Assembly: GCA_046582655.1 (NCBI GenBank)
Contig: JAYGDX010000255.1
Span: 1 to 58,844, forward strand
From: Candidatus Poribacteria bacterium
GTDB lineage: Bacteria; Poribacteria; WGA-4E; UBA9662
Direction: 5' to 3'
DNA length: 58,844 nt
The position numbers and the translations under genes were made by a program. Shown piece by piece: positions 9,221 to 19,446 of this stretch; position 1 is the stretch's first letter; every line of letters starts with the position of its first letter. The notes under the pieces are model-generated. The model saw nothing but the letters and a program-made list of their open reading frames with translations, searched no databases and was not told the DNA's origin.

Positions 9221-9940
9221 GTGAAACTACAAGAGCATGATATGATGATTGGATTGGCTTTAATCTGTCTATCTGCTTTGTTCGTTTTTGCCGAAGATCC
9301 ATTTTTTGACAACTTTGATCGAAGAAACGGAAAACCCGACAATGATTGGATTGTCAACTCACCGGAAGTCAAAACAGAAATTAAGGACAAGGAAATATTA
9401 ATCCACGGCACAGAAAAGACTAACTGGAAACGCAATGGTATTGAGCGTTTGGTTGATGATATTAACAGGGTCTGCTTCGATTTTTTAAATAATGACGTTT
9501 TCAATGTTCATCTTCGAGTTGATGATGATAAAAGTGGGACAAATGCGTATATCGACATCTATTCTCCGCCAGGACCACAGGGAGGAAATAATTTTAACTA
9601 CGCAAGTCCTGCGGATGGTGCTTGGCCTGGTTGGACCAATGTTGGAGGTGCACCGTTTGAAAAGAATCTCAGGAAAGAAGGCTATCGTCAACTCTGTCTA
9701 CGAAAAGAACAAAAGAATTTTTTCATTATCGTAGATAATAGGGAAATCGCTAAGATTAAAAATGCGGGTCTTCTGAAAATCACCAAGGTCTTTATTTCTA
9801 TCGATGCGGCCGCTGGGCGATCGGGATCAATGCATGTTGACAACGTCGACATCGATGATGCATTCCTAAAAGGCTCAAAGGCTGTTAGTCGGCAAAATAA
9901 ATTACCTATAACATGGTCAAAACTTAAACGTTTGAGTTAA
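9221..9940 (+). CDS. Secreted beta-rich hypothetical protein with C-terminal AV..KL..TW..LK tail
   Basis: AAGGAG before GTG; hydrophobic signal segment; FFDNFD...VDNV pattern of beta-sandwich domains; tail AVSRQNKLPITWSKLKRLS. Confidence 0.75.
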   Translation: MKLQEHDMMIGLALICLSALFVFAEDPFFDNFDRRNGKPDNDWIVNSPEVKTEIKDKEILIHGTEKTNWKRNGIERLVDDINRVCFDFLNNDVFNVHLRVDDDKSGTNAYIDIYSPPGPQGGNNFNYASPADGAWPGWTNVGGAPFEKNLRKEGYRQLCLRKEQKNFFIIVDNREIAKIKNAGLLKITKVFISIDAAAGRSGSMHVDNVDIDDAFLKGSKAVSRQNKLPITWSKLKRLS

Positions 9941-9980
9941 AAAAGATGGCGCATTAGGAATTATATACGCCACCTTTTTT
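9939..9980. terminator. Putative bidirectional intrinsic terminator
   Basis: AAAAAAGATGGCG...CGCCACCTTTTTT imperfect stem with A and T tracts, between convergent genes. Confidence 0.6.
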
Positions 9981-9995
9981 CGAAGTTGGTACTTT

Positions 9996-10568
9996 TTAGC
10001 CTTCATGGTCGTCGCGTCGGTCACCGCCACCGCGTCGGTCACCGCCACCGCGTCGGTCACCGCCACCGCGTCGGTCACCACCACCACGTCGTTCACCGCC
10101 ACGACCACCACGCTGTCGGTTACCTCCACCGAAGCGTTCCATTTGACTCTGCCTTTGCTCCTGCTCGTATTTTTCCAATCCCTTCATTTGCTCTTCGGTC
10201 AGGATTTTCTGGAGAGCCTCCTTGTGTTGGTTGCGGATGGCTTCCATTTTGGGGCGCATACTCTGCCAATCACCAGCAGCCATTGCCTCTTCCATTAATG
10301 TTTTGGAATCGTCCATCGTTTTTTGGTAGACTGGACGAGCCTTTAAAAGGGCCTTATCATCAACTTTAACCACAAATGTCAGTCCCACCCAGGAAGTTCC
10401 CATCAGATTTGTAATCATGCTGGACATACCACCGCGCATGCCACCACGTCCACCTCGTCGGTTACCATCGCCACGTTCACCTCGGCCGGGTCTTTGTTGA
10501 GCTTCAGAAACTTGGTTTAGTGTGAAAAGTCCAGCGGTAGCAGATAGAAAAAAATCTTTGCGTTTCAT
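9996..10568 (-). CDS. Exported helical protein (Spy/CpxP LTXXQ-like) with Arg/Gly-rich tails
   Basis: GGAG upstream; N-terminus MKRKDFFLSATAGL..SEA (Tat-like); ILTEEQ motif; GGDRRG repeats at the C-terminus. Confidence 0.7.
   Translation of the reverse strand: MKRKDFFLSATAGLFTLNQVSEAQQRPGRGERGDGNRRGGRGGMRGGMSSMITNLMGTSWVGLTFVVKVDDKALLKARPVYQKTMDDSKTLMEEAMAAGDWQSMRPKMEAIRNQHKEALQKILTEEQMKGLEKYEQEQRQSQMERFGGGNRQRGGRGGERRGGGDRRGGGDRRGGGDRRGGGDRRDDHEG
10013..10102. repeat. 18-bp tandem repeat, about 5 copies (CGCGTCGGTCACCGCCAC)
   Basis: Three exact copies from 10013 plus two degenerate copies; encodes the GGDRRG repeats of 9996..10568. Confidence 0.95.
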
Positions 10569-10827
10569 ATTAAATGTCTCCTGATGTTGTTAAAAAAATG
10601 ATCCTTTGCTTGATTAAGACGTACAGTTAGCCTATAAAGTTTATATTCGCGGGAACGCCGAGAGACACACTTTTTATATTTTATAATACATTGATTTAGC
10701 ATTTAAGAAAAAGGAAATTATAATGGACCTCTATGACATATAGTAAAAGTTTGTTAAGGAATTTAGGAGTTTGAATAGCAGCATAAAAGAATGTAGACGA
10801 AAGAAGAGAAAAGAGGTAGTAATATCT

Positions 10828-12060
10828 ATGAAACTTGGTAGCAATAAATTGTCAATAGCCTGTGATGTTTTGGTTTGTGGCGGCGGATGTGCTGGACTGG
10901 ATGCGGCGCTGGCATTGGCACGCAACGGTGCCAAAATTGTGTTAGTTGAACGCGCGCGGATTTGCCGTCGGAATTATGACCACCGTTGGGCTTCCAGACT
11001 TTGACGGGATTGCGGATAATAGCTCAAAGTACCGCGTTTGAATTGTTTGTCAAGATGGGAGGATGTGAACCTGGAATGGCGCATGTCAAAAAACATAATC
11101 TAACGATTGATAACGTTGAGTGGTTAAGTTATTGATTGATAACTTGCTGACTAGTGTAGGAGACTGACTACAGGTTTTCTATCACTCTTTATGCTTGTGA
11201 TACACGTTTCAAAGGGGATTGTGTTGACGAAGTTTGTGTGGCAAATAAAGCCAGATTAGTATGTATTCGACCAAAAATTGTAATTGACTGTACTGGTTCG
11301 CAGATGTGGCCGAGTGGTCCGGGGCCTCAACCGGTAAAATGGCAGAGTTGCAACCTTTGACCATATACTTCCGAATTGGCAACATTAAACGAAAACCGGA
11401 TATTGGGAAGAGGTGTCGGGAAACTCTGGAACTGGCCTATCAAAATGGGGTTCTACCGGTGTTTTATGGTCTTGGTGTAAGTTTTCTTTTTACGCCGGAT
11501 GAGGTTTATATTCATCGCTATTCGTGTGCCTGCATATGCTGCCGATCCTGCAGATTTAACCCGTGCCGAGATGCAAAATCGAATTGATGCTTGGACCATG
11601 TTTGAATACTGGAAACGGGATGTTTCGGGGTTTGAAGATGCCTGCTTCCTCAGTAATAGTCCTTATATTGGTGTTCGAGAAACCCGCAGAATCGTTGGTC
11701 AATCTACCAGCCGGAAGATGATATTCTGGCCAACAAAGAATTTGATGATGCCATAGCAACTGGTTGTTGGTATCTGGATCAACATCCGAATCAGGTAACA
11801 CAGGGTGCGGCACAAAGTGCCCGAAGATTCAGCTGGAACCATATGGCATTCCCTATAGTTCTCTGCTATCTCAGAAAACCTCCAATCTTTTAGTGGCTGG
11901 TCGTTGTCATCCGCTACTCAGGTGGCTGTCAGTTCTACACGTGTAACTGTTACTGCCATGTTTTTGGGAGAAGCGGCTAGTGTGGGAGCGGCTTTGGCTG
12001 CGACAGAAAGAAAAAGCCCTCTCGAAGTTTCAGGTACAATCGCGAAACTTACTCGGCAAA
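10828..12060 (+). pseudogene. FAD-dependent oxidoreductase (FAD_oxidored-like), multiply frameshifted
   Basis: Fragments in different frames: DVLVCGGGCAG..AA.ALARNGAKIVLVER; IDCTG; QPLTIYFRIGN; IGVRETRRIVG; PYGIPYSSL...NLLVAGRC; STRVTVTAMFLGEAA. Confidence 0.85.
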
Positions 12061-12095
12061 ACGACCCACATTTTAGCATTCTTAGTTTTGTTATG

Positions 12096-12908
12096 TTAAT
12101 GTTTCCGGCGTGCGAGTTCCATCCAGGAAGTTAGTTCAAGCTGTTTGGGGTTGAACCGTTGCCTGATTTCAGGTGGAAAATAAAAATGGTGACAATTTCC
12201 GGGTTCACGTGTCATAACATTATAATGGGCGTGAACGTAGTTGTAGTAGAGATTCGACCGAACCGTTTCAGTTGTTTTTGGCAGTCCGTCGTGTAGAACA
12301 GTTTCTGACAACAGAAGCACGTCTCCCGCCTTTCCTGTTATGGGAACGGCACCTGGGAGTTGTAGACCGCTATACTTGTTCCATTCCAAGTCAATATTAC
12401 TTTTATGCCCTCCGGGCAAAGCAACAATACAACCGTCGTCAGGACCATTATTGGTTAAAAAGTAAACCACATTCAACATCCGACTGCGAAGCACGTCGTT
12501 TCGGTACGAATAATCAGTGGTGGGGACACCTCGGTGCCAACCACCAGTTTGCGCCCCGCAAGACTTGGAGATCGACCAGGTATTGATTAGTTGTGGCTGA
12601 CCGACAAAATCATGCAAGTAGGATAGTATTTTGGGTTGAGCGATTAATTGGTCAAAGACGCTGTCCAGACGTGGTAGGCCGTTAAGTCTAATCTGGTGCT
12701 GACGACTGGTTTCGCGGGTAGGTCGGCCTGTCCCAGCAGATTTCATCCACTTGTCCTCATAAGTTTGCGGCTCCAGGCGTTGAAGAACTTCAAGATATTC
12801 CGTACACTCTGCCTCAGAGAGAACATTTCGCAATATCAAGAATCCTTGTAGATCAAACAAAAACCGTTTCTCTCGACTAACAGTATCATTTTCTTGGTTG
12901 TTCATCAC
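12096..12908 (-). CDS. PhyH-family Fe(II)/2OG enzyme with non-canonical HxG motif
   Basis: FDLQGFLILRNVL, WHRG, FLTNNGPDDG..ALPGGHK, AGDVLLLSETVLHDG, VRS. Confidence 0.85.
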   Translation of the reverse strand: MMNNQENDTVSREKRFLFDLQGFLILRNVLSEAECTEYLEVLQRLEPQTYEDKWMKSAGTGRPTRETSRQHQIRLNGLPRLDSVFDQLIAQPKILSYLHDFVGQPQLINTWSISKSCGAQTGGWHRGVPTTDYSYRNDVLRSRMLNVVYFLTNNGPDDGCIVALPGGHKSNIDLEWNKYSGLQLPGAVPITGKAGDVLLLSETVLHDGLPKTTETVRSNLYYNYVHAHYNVMTREPGNCHHFYFPPEIRQRFNPKQLELTSWMELARRKH

Positions 12909-12965
12909 TGATTCTCACTCTGGATAGTATTGATTTGTAATCACTTTTTTGCTTTCCCCTTTGCC

Positions 12966-14390
12966 TTAACGCCAATCAGCCGACCAATTCTTGGTGTGAT
13001 AGTGACTTCGAATCCGCCATTCGCGTAGAACATCCAGCAATTCCTGTTTCTTGCCACTGGCAGACGGATCGTCCCACAGATTACTAACCTCATCTGGATC
13101 TTGCTTGAGGTTGAATAGTTGGCCAAAGGGTTGATCGAGAAAATGAACCAATTTCCATTCTGGACTCCGCACCATGGTCATGAAATCAGTGGTTTGTAGT
13201 ATACCGTCCTGCCCATGTTCGGCAAAGACATAATCACGACCTAACCAAGGTTGATCGGTTAATGCCGGCAGGATCGATTCTGCTTCCATCGTATCAGAAA
13301 GTTTGGCTCCGGCCAGTTCCAATATGGCAGGCGCGATATCCATCTGCTGGCAGAGACCATCAATTTGGTGGCCACCTTGGAATCGCTCCGGCGACCAGAC
13401 AATCAGAGGGACACGGGTAATGATATCGTACATCGTCCATTTTTGACTGTGTCCGTGATCTCCCAGGCAATCGCCGTGATCAGAGGTAAAGATCACCACC
13501 GAGTTGTCTAGGTATCCTTTTTCTTCTAGTGCAGTCAAAATTTGCCCGATTTTTTCGTCAATCATGGTTACATTAGCCAAATAATATGCCCGTTGCCGAT
13601 GTAGTTGTTCTTCAGTTGGATTTAATTGGTGAACTACCGAGTCGTGGTCAACTTCAGTATTATGTTGCCGCATAGCCAAATAAGGTGGTGGCTGGCTGGC
13701 TAGTTCTTGATCGTTAACCTTTGGTAGTGGTAAATCTCGTTTCAGGTATGGTTCAGCAAATCTTGGAGTTGGATCGTAAGGCGGATGGGGCCCGGGAAAC
13801 CCGATTTGCAGAAACAGCGGTTGTGTTGTCGGATAACTTTCAACCCACCAGGTTGCCATGTCTCCAACGAACATATCAGAGTGCATCTCCTCTGGTAATT
13901 CCCACTCAAAGGCACCCAAGCGTTGATTGTAATCGGCTCGTTGGCGATAGAGTTCGCGTTGTTGCTTGATTAAACCGCGTGCTTGCAGCCCTTTGTCCCA
14001 TTCATCAAAGTAATAGCGTCCTTCAAGGTATCGATCCTTGTTTTCAACCACGTATCTCTCGTCAAACCCGAGTGAAGTTTCAAAAGGTGATGTGTGCATT
14101 TTGCCGATGTTAACGCAATGATAACCTGCCGTATTCAGATTTTCTACCCAGGAACGACACCACGAATCAGCGTTTTTTAAGATGCCGGTGGTGTGTGGAT
14201 AGTAACCGGTAAACAGACTGGCACGGGACGGTGCGCAGGAGGGCGCGGTGGCGTGACATTGAGTGAATGTTACACCTTCCATAACTAGTCGATCCAGGTT
14301 GGGCGTATCCATGTAGGGAAAACCGAGTTCGGCGATTGTATCGTATCGTTGTTGGTCGGTAATGATAAAAATGATGTTGGGTTGGGACAT
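12966..14390 (-). CDS. Sulfatase (formylglycine-dependent, Cys type)
   Basis: PNIIFIITDQQR, CAPSRASLFTG, GKMH, PHPPY, FTSDHGD. Confidence 0.95.
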   Translation of the reverse strand: MSQPNIIFIITDQQRYDTIAELGFPYMDTPNLDRLVMEGVTFTQCHATAPSCAPSRASLFTGYYPHTTGILKNADSWCRSWVENLNTAGYHCVNIGKMHTSPFETSLGFDERYVVENKDRYLEGRYYFDEWDKGLQARGLIKQQRELYRQRADYNQRLGAFEWELPEEMHSDMFVGDMATWWVESYPTTQPLFLQIGFPGPHPPYDPTPRFAEPYLKRDLPLPKVNDQELASQPPPYLAMRQHNTEVDHDSVVHQLNPTEEQLHRQRAYYLANVTMIDEKIGQILTALEEKGYLDNSVVIFTSDHGDCLGDHGHSQKWTMYDIITRVPLIVWSPERFQGGHQIDGLCQQMDIAPAILELAGAKLSDTMEAESILPALTDQPWLGRDYVFAEHGQDGILQTTDFMTMVRSPEWKLVHFLDQPFGQLFNLKQDPDEVSNLWDDPSASGKKQELLDVLREWRIRSHYHTKNWSADWR

Positions 14391-14582
14391 TTCCTGACTC
14401 TCTTTCATCAGTTTGGGCGGAATGGATTCTTTACGATAATCATAGAAACATAACCTAAAATGAGGTTGTGATCAAGACCAATCCCATTTGGTTAAGGTTT
14501 CGCTCCAAATGGTGATCCGTTGTTTCATTCTGATTGAATAAAACAATCAGACCTGTAAACGAAAAAAAGTACATGATTTTGT

Positions 14583-16037
14583 TTAATTCATCCCTGCCAG
14601 ATTGGCGTAGACTTTTCGACCTTGGTTAAAGAGATGCAATACTTCTTCCCTTTGTTGATCCTGTGTAAATCGACCAATCCGACTGATCCAATCAATGGAA
14701 TCGTCGATTGAGCGAACGAAAAATTCAGCCGAATCGTTGATAACGTCGGCAGGTATGCCGTCACCAATATAGACCGGGCTGGTATGTGCATAGATAGCTT
14801 GGGCAAAACTATCACGTGCGTCGCCACAGGCGCGAGCAGCGATCCATCCATCGGAATCTATCTTCAGAGCGTGTGTTTGGGTTCCATGTCTTTGTTGGTT
14901 AACATCAATTAGTGTATGGCTTCGTACAACGCGACCATTCTGCACGATTTCAATACGATCGAGCGGATAATGTGAAGACCAAGAAACTTCCACTGAAAGT
15001 TGGCGTGTCTTACCGTTGGTGGAGGACAAGCGTGTCCCAGGCATCATACCATCAATTTTTAAGAAGAGTGCCGGGCCGTTGGTAATAAAAGTTCGCCCTT
15101 CTTGAAGTCCTTCTAACCAATTGTTATAGGTGAATTCTTGCCCAGTTTGAACATATACTCGGTTGTTTGAGCAGATGAACCAATCTGTTCCTGTCGAAAC
15201 TGGAAGTGGCATGCCGCAGTTGAGCAACCGATACCAAATATCGTACTCTGGATCAGCCCAGTAGGGATCAAATAGATTGAACGCGTCCAATTTTCCCAAG
15301 GCGGCAGCTACAGGTGCTTCCATACCAATGCCATTATGACACCACAAGATGATACTTCCCTGTCGTTTGGCGTCATCACAGGCGTAGCATAGTGGCGGAT
15401 AATCTGGATCGAAGTCACTAACCAGATCTCCTCGACTGACTGGATCAACCTGATTCCTGAGACGAAGAAACATCACATGCCCATAAGCCATACCGCCACG
15501 TCGATGATTATGTCGGTTTTCTTCACCGCAATCAACCAGATGATGCGCGGTCGAATAATCGGTCATGAATCCGATCGGATACTTGTTGCTGGCATAAGGG
15601 ATTTCGCGCCGTTGAAGGATGCTAATTACCGTGACGTTCAAATCGTGCACGTGCGGATCGAGCCGCAATCGTCCATCAGGATTGGCTTCTTTCTCACTGT
15701 AGTGAAGGTGCGTGTTTCCCGGATACCAGTTTTGGGATGGCAAATCTATCCATCGTTTGAGGTTTAGCTCAACTTCTACTGCGCCCTTCTGCGGCATTGA
15801 CACCACATGTCGAAGCGGTTGATACTCGGTTCCCCGTTCAACGATAATATCTGTGGCACCGCGTGGAACGTTGACAGTAAACTCTCCAGAACTATAAAAG
15901 AATGGATCCCCAGGACCAATTTTTAACAGACTGTCCGACGGATATACAAATCGACCATTACTAGATAAAACGTGTACTTTGGCCTCAACTGAAGTTCCCG
16001 AGGTACCATCACGGATAATACCGCGTAATATTCCCAT
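14583..16037 (-). CDS. CehA/McbA-like PHP-fold metallohydrolase
   Basis: ERGTEY, WYPGNTHLH, GEENR, YGH, WCH, WYRLLNCG..STGTD, GRTFITNGP, AHTSPVY. Confidence 0.8.
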   Translation of the reverse strand: MGILRGIIRDGTSGTSVEAKVHVLSSNGRFVYPSDSLLKIGPGDPFFYSSGEFTVNVPRGATDIIVERGTEYQPLRHVVSMPQKGAVEVELNLKRWIDLPSQNWYPGNTHLHYSEKEANPDGRLRLDPHVHDLNVTVISILQRREIPYASNKYPIGFMTDYSTAHHLVDCGEENRHNHRRGGMAYGHVMFLRLRNQVDPVSRGDLVSDFDPDYPPLCYACDDAKRQGSIILWCHNGIGMEAPVAAALGKLDAFNLFDPYWADPEYDIWYRLLNCGMPLPVSTGTDWFICSNNRVYVQTGQEFTYNNWLEGLQEGRTFITNGPALFLKIDGMMPGTRLSSTNGKTRQLSVEVSWSSHYPLDRIEIVQNGRVVRSHTLIDVNQQRHGTQTHALKIDSDGWIAARACGDARDSFAQAIYAHTSPVYIGDGIPADVINDSAEFFVRSIDDSIDWISRIGRFTQDQQREEVLHLFNQGRKVYANLAGMN

Positions 16038-16708
16038 AAGACTCTCCTTTCACTTTGCGTGACGAAGTTTACGGAATGCTTCGTCTTCGATTTGCCGAAC
16101 TCTTCTATGATTAATGTTAAGTTGGAGTCCGATTTATGCCAGTATATACCCATTAACTGATTCTATCGCAATTTCGTCAGTAAGATGAGATTATCTTAGA
16201 CTTCCACGATTACGTCTGACCTCCTTAGGATTTTCAATCAATGATCGATTGGGTAACGAGTTTTCTTTCAAACAATGATTATAAACATTCAGGTAGATTT
16301 TTGGGTTTCTCTGTCAGTTGATTCAAGTGGCCTGACGGCGCCTTTTTACCAACTCGAATGTTAGTGATTTTAGGCATCAATATACGATTTGCCGCACAAT
16401 CAATATAACCCTCCTCACCATTTTCACTGTATAATTTTCTCTTAAGTAGCTTTTAGGGGAAATATGATGATCTTTCAAACTGCTGTTTACAGACAACCAT
16501 CTGCTATTATTCCAGTCTAATAATTAATAAAGTCAAGCTAAAACAGGCTCAGTGGGAAAAGCAGCCAGAGAAAATTTTGACTTTAATTTTAGCATAATGC
16601 CTTATTTAGGTTAAAATAGGTGCAAATCACCTTTTGTTTATTGAACCTTTCTTGATAATGATCACTTAAATTCAAATTTAAGAGCCTATCCAATAGATAC
16701 AGATAAAA

Positions 16709-18064
16709 ATGACGAAGCAAAAAGAGAAATTGACTGACCGAGTGCTTCAAGCTGGAGCCGCGACCGCCGATATCACACCTCCACTGGGGGAACTGGTAGT
16801 CGGCGGATTCGTACCCTTTCCAGCCACAGCCATTCACGATCATTTGCAGTCACGTTGTCTGGTTCTCGATAACGGACAGACACAAATCGCTTTCGTGGTC
16901 TGTGATAACCTTGGTATTCCACGAGAAGTTTACGATAGGGCACGCTTGATAATTGCCAGAGAAACGGAGTTACCAGCTGAAAATATCCTGATGGCAGCCA
17001 CCCACACCCATTCCGGTACCAGAGTTCAGACTGACAACTACCGACCTCGGATTGTGCGTGGGATCGCCGATTCAGTTCGTCTTGCGATGGACAATCTGGA
17101 ACCGGCACGGATTGGCTGGGGTGGGATTGATGAACAATCGGAAGTCTTCAATCGACGTTGGCATGTCACCGATTCCGACTTGTTGAAGAACCCCTTCGGT
17201 GGTATAGACCAAGTTCGAATGAATCCACCGCGAGGCCACGCGGCATTGGTTGAACCGGCGGGTCCCATTGATCCAGAAATTTCTTTCTTTAGTCTACAGG
17301 CAACTAACGGTTACCCAATTGCATTGCTGGCAAATTATTCGCTCCATTATGTTGGCGGTGTGAATAAAGGAGATGTATCCGCTGACTACTTCGGTGTTTT
17401 CTGCAACCGTATTGGTGAGTTACTAGGAGCGACATCCAGCCAACCACCGTTTGTGGGTATGTTGAGTAACGGCACCAGTGGAGATGTCAACAACATCAAC
17501 TTCCGCCACAGTGGCGAACAGTACGAACCATATGAAAAAATGAATCAGGTGGCGGAACTAGTAGCCAAACGCGTCAAGGAAGCACACGACCATATTGAGC
17601 ATTACGATTGGGTTCCGTTAAGTTCGACTGTTCGTGAACTGAAATTGAAGTTCCTCAAGCCGGACGAAAGAATGCGGAAATACATGGTGGAAATTTTGAC
17701 CAAGTCGAAGGCTGCTCCCCAGTATCATCAGTACGAGCTGAACTATGCCGAGCGAGTTCAGCGATTGTTAGACGGCCCGGATGAAGTCACAATTCCCTTG
17801 CAGACGGTACGGATTGGAGAACTCGGCATTGCCGCAATTCCATTTGAGGTTTTTGCTGAAACTGGTTTAGACATAAAAGATAGAGCTCCATTTACAAATA
17901 CGTTCACCATCGAATTGGCCAATGACTATCACGGCTATCTACCCACACCGGGTCAACATGAACTGGGCGGTTATGAAACATGGATGGGGACGAGTGAGGT
18001 ACAGCTAGACGCTTCCGAGCAGGTCAAACAGACAATTCTCGACATGATGAATGGTCTAAAGTAG
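16709..18064 (+). CDS. Neutral/alkaline ceramidase-like amidohydrolase
   Basis: AGAATADITP, ATHTHSG, FNRR, NYSLH, GTSGD, PFE, GYLPT...GGYE. Confidence 0.75.
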   Translation: MTKQKEKLTDRVLQAGAATADITPPLGELVVGGFVPFPATAIHDHLQSRCLVLDNGQTQIAFVVCDNLGIPREVYDRARLIIARETELPAENILMAATHTHSGTRVQTDNYRPRIVRGIADSVRLAMDNLEPARIGWGGIDEQSEVFNRRWHVTDSDLLKNPFGGIDQVRMNPPRGHAALVEPAGPIDPEISFFSLQATNGYPIALLANYSLHYVGGVNKGDVSADYFGVFCNRIGELLGATSSQPPFVGMLSNGTSGDVNNINFRHSGEQYEPYEKMNQVAELVAKRVKEAHDHIEHYDWVPLSSTVRELKLKFLKPDERMRKYMVEILTKSKAAPQYHQYELNYAERVQRLLDGPDEVTIPLQTVRIGELGIAAIPFEVFAETGLDIKDRAPFTNTFTIELANDYHGYLPTPGQHELGGYETWMGTSEVQLDASEQVKQTILDMMNGLK

Positions 18065-18103
18065 GAACGGACAACTGTAACGGGATGGATTGGTGGAGTC
18101 TTA

Positions 18104-19099
18104 CTAACCCATTGTAGCGAGCATATCGAGTGTTACTTGATGTTGTAGAGGCTCTCCCCTTTCCCACCTCAGAAATTCGTGGATGATATAATCTGCCATC
18201 CGGACAAGTTCATCGTTCATTGAACCGGCAATATGCGATGTCAGGATCACATTTTCCATTGAGTAAAAGGGAGAGGTTGGTTCAGGAGGTTCCGGGGAGG
18301 TGACATCAAGTAGAGCCGTCAGCGTTGGTCTTTCTGCTAATACTGAGATAAGATCCTCCTCAATCACTGTTGCACCGCGACCGGTGTTGATAAAGACAGC
18401 ATCATCGTTCATGGAATTAAACAAGTGTTTGTCAAGCATATAACGTGTTTGAGAATTGCTGGCTAGATGGTTAGTTACGACATCTGCCTGCTGAAATGCG
18501 AATTCTAGCGATACCTTTTGCACACTGAGGGATCTTGCTTGATCATCCGGTAGAAAGGGGTCAAAGACTACTATGTTTAATCGAAACGGTTGGAGCAGCT
18601 TAAAAAGATAGCTGCCAACGGCGCCGAATCCGAGGATAGCTACCGTGGCACCAAAGTTACCACGTCCTCGAAATGGTGTCCTCGCTCGACCTTTTGGTGT
18701 TGCGCAGTCCCTGAAATTGCGGAAATATCCTTTATTGGCTAATAGAATTTGTCCTAAGGTGAATTCGGCCACAGGAATTGCATTGGCACGCCAGGCACTG
18801 ATGACTTGTATGTTTTTCGCTAGTAGGTTTCTGGCAAAATTTCGTACAGAGCCAGCGGCATGAAAAACGGCTTTTAGTTCCGGTAGTCGGCTAAGCACTT
18901 CATCATCTAATTGAAATATTCCCCAAGTTGAGAAAATCACTTCAAGATCTCTCATCTTTTTGAGGTGACTGGAGATGTTTCCTTGGTTAATTATATGAGG
19001 GTAGAGGTTGGTGATTTTTGAAAGCTGTTCTCGGTTACCACCGCTATATACTCGGTCGACATCAGATGGTTCGTTGCTGAATATTGCGGCTTTTTTCAT
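18104..19099 (-). CDS. D-isomer-specific 2-hydroxyacid dehydrogenase
   Basis: HAAGSV, VAEF, GFGAVG, FINTGRG, LDVTSPEP, TSHIAG. Confidence 0.9.
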   Translation of the reverse strand: MKKAAIFSNEPSDVDRVYSGGNREQLSKITNLYPHIINQGNISSHLKKMRDLEVIFSTWGIFQLDDEVLSRLPELKAVFHAAGSVRNFARNLLAKNIQVISAWRANAIPVAEFTLGQILLANKGYFRNFRDCATPKGRARTPFRGRGNFGATVAILGFGAVGSYLFKLLQPFRLNIVVFDPFLPDDQARSLSVQKVSLEFAFQQADVVTNHLASNSQTRYMLDKHLFNSMNDDAVFINTGRGATVIEEDLISVLAERPTLTALLDVTSPEPPEPTSPFYSMENVILTSHIAGSMNDELVRMADYIIHEFLRWERGEPLQHQVTLDMLATMG

Positions 19100-19411
19100 T
19101 CAGTAATTCCTCTGTGTTTCAAGACAAATCTAGTGGACAAAATCAAGCTACACGATAGGAGAAGAAAGCTTTTAACTTGGAAAGAAATCTGTTACTTAAG
19201 AGCATATTTATGTCGATTCTATCACGGATTGTTTCTATAAGCTATTTGGTATGGAATCTATAGGTATGGTACCAACCAAATTCCCACAGCAAAAACAGAA
19301 CCAGCTGACAAGTTGATTGATAAAATTCAGGATATAAGCGGCTGCAATTTGACTGTTTAAAGGTATCTTATTTTGTCTTGTCATGGGAAGTTGTTAAATT
19401 TCGCTTTTTGT

Positions 19412-19440
19412 TTGACAATATGATTATGTCACCTGATAAT
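19412..19440 (+). promoter_or_regulatory. Putative sigma70 promoter for copA (possibly leaderless mRNA)
   Basis: TTGACA-N17-GATAAT, 6 nt before ATG 19447. Confidence 0.6.
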
Positions 19441-19446
19441 TTCAGT

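Noticed and set aside
10013..10102. Possible CRISPR array
   Set aside because: The 18-bp units are directly adjacent with no spacers, lie inside a coding region, and no cas genes are present.
9917..10369. ORFs with VAVTDA, RVGHRH and TATASV repeats
   Set aside because: Alternative frames of the same tandem repeat; the 9996..10568 frame has an RBS and a signal-like N-terminus.
16040..16700. Intergenic stretch with short ORFs (15923..16153, 16589..16843)
   Set aside because: The ORFs overlap real genes and lack motifs; a possible decayed gene could not be assigned.
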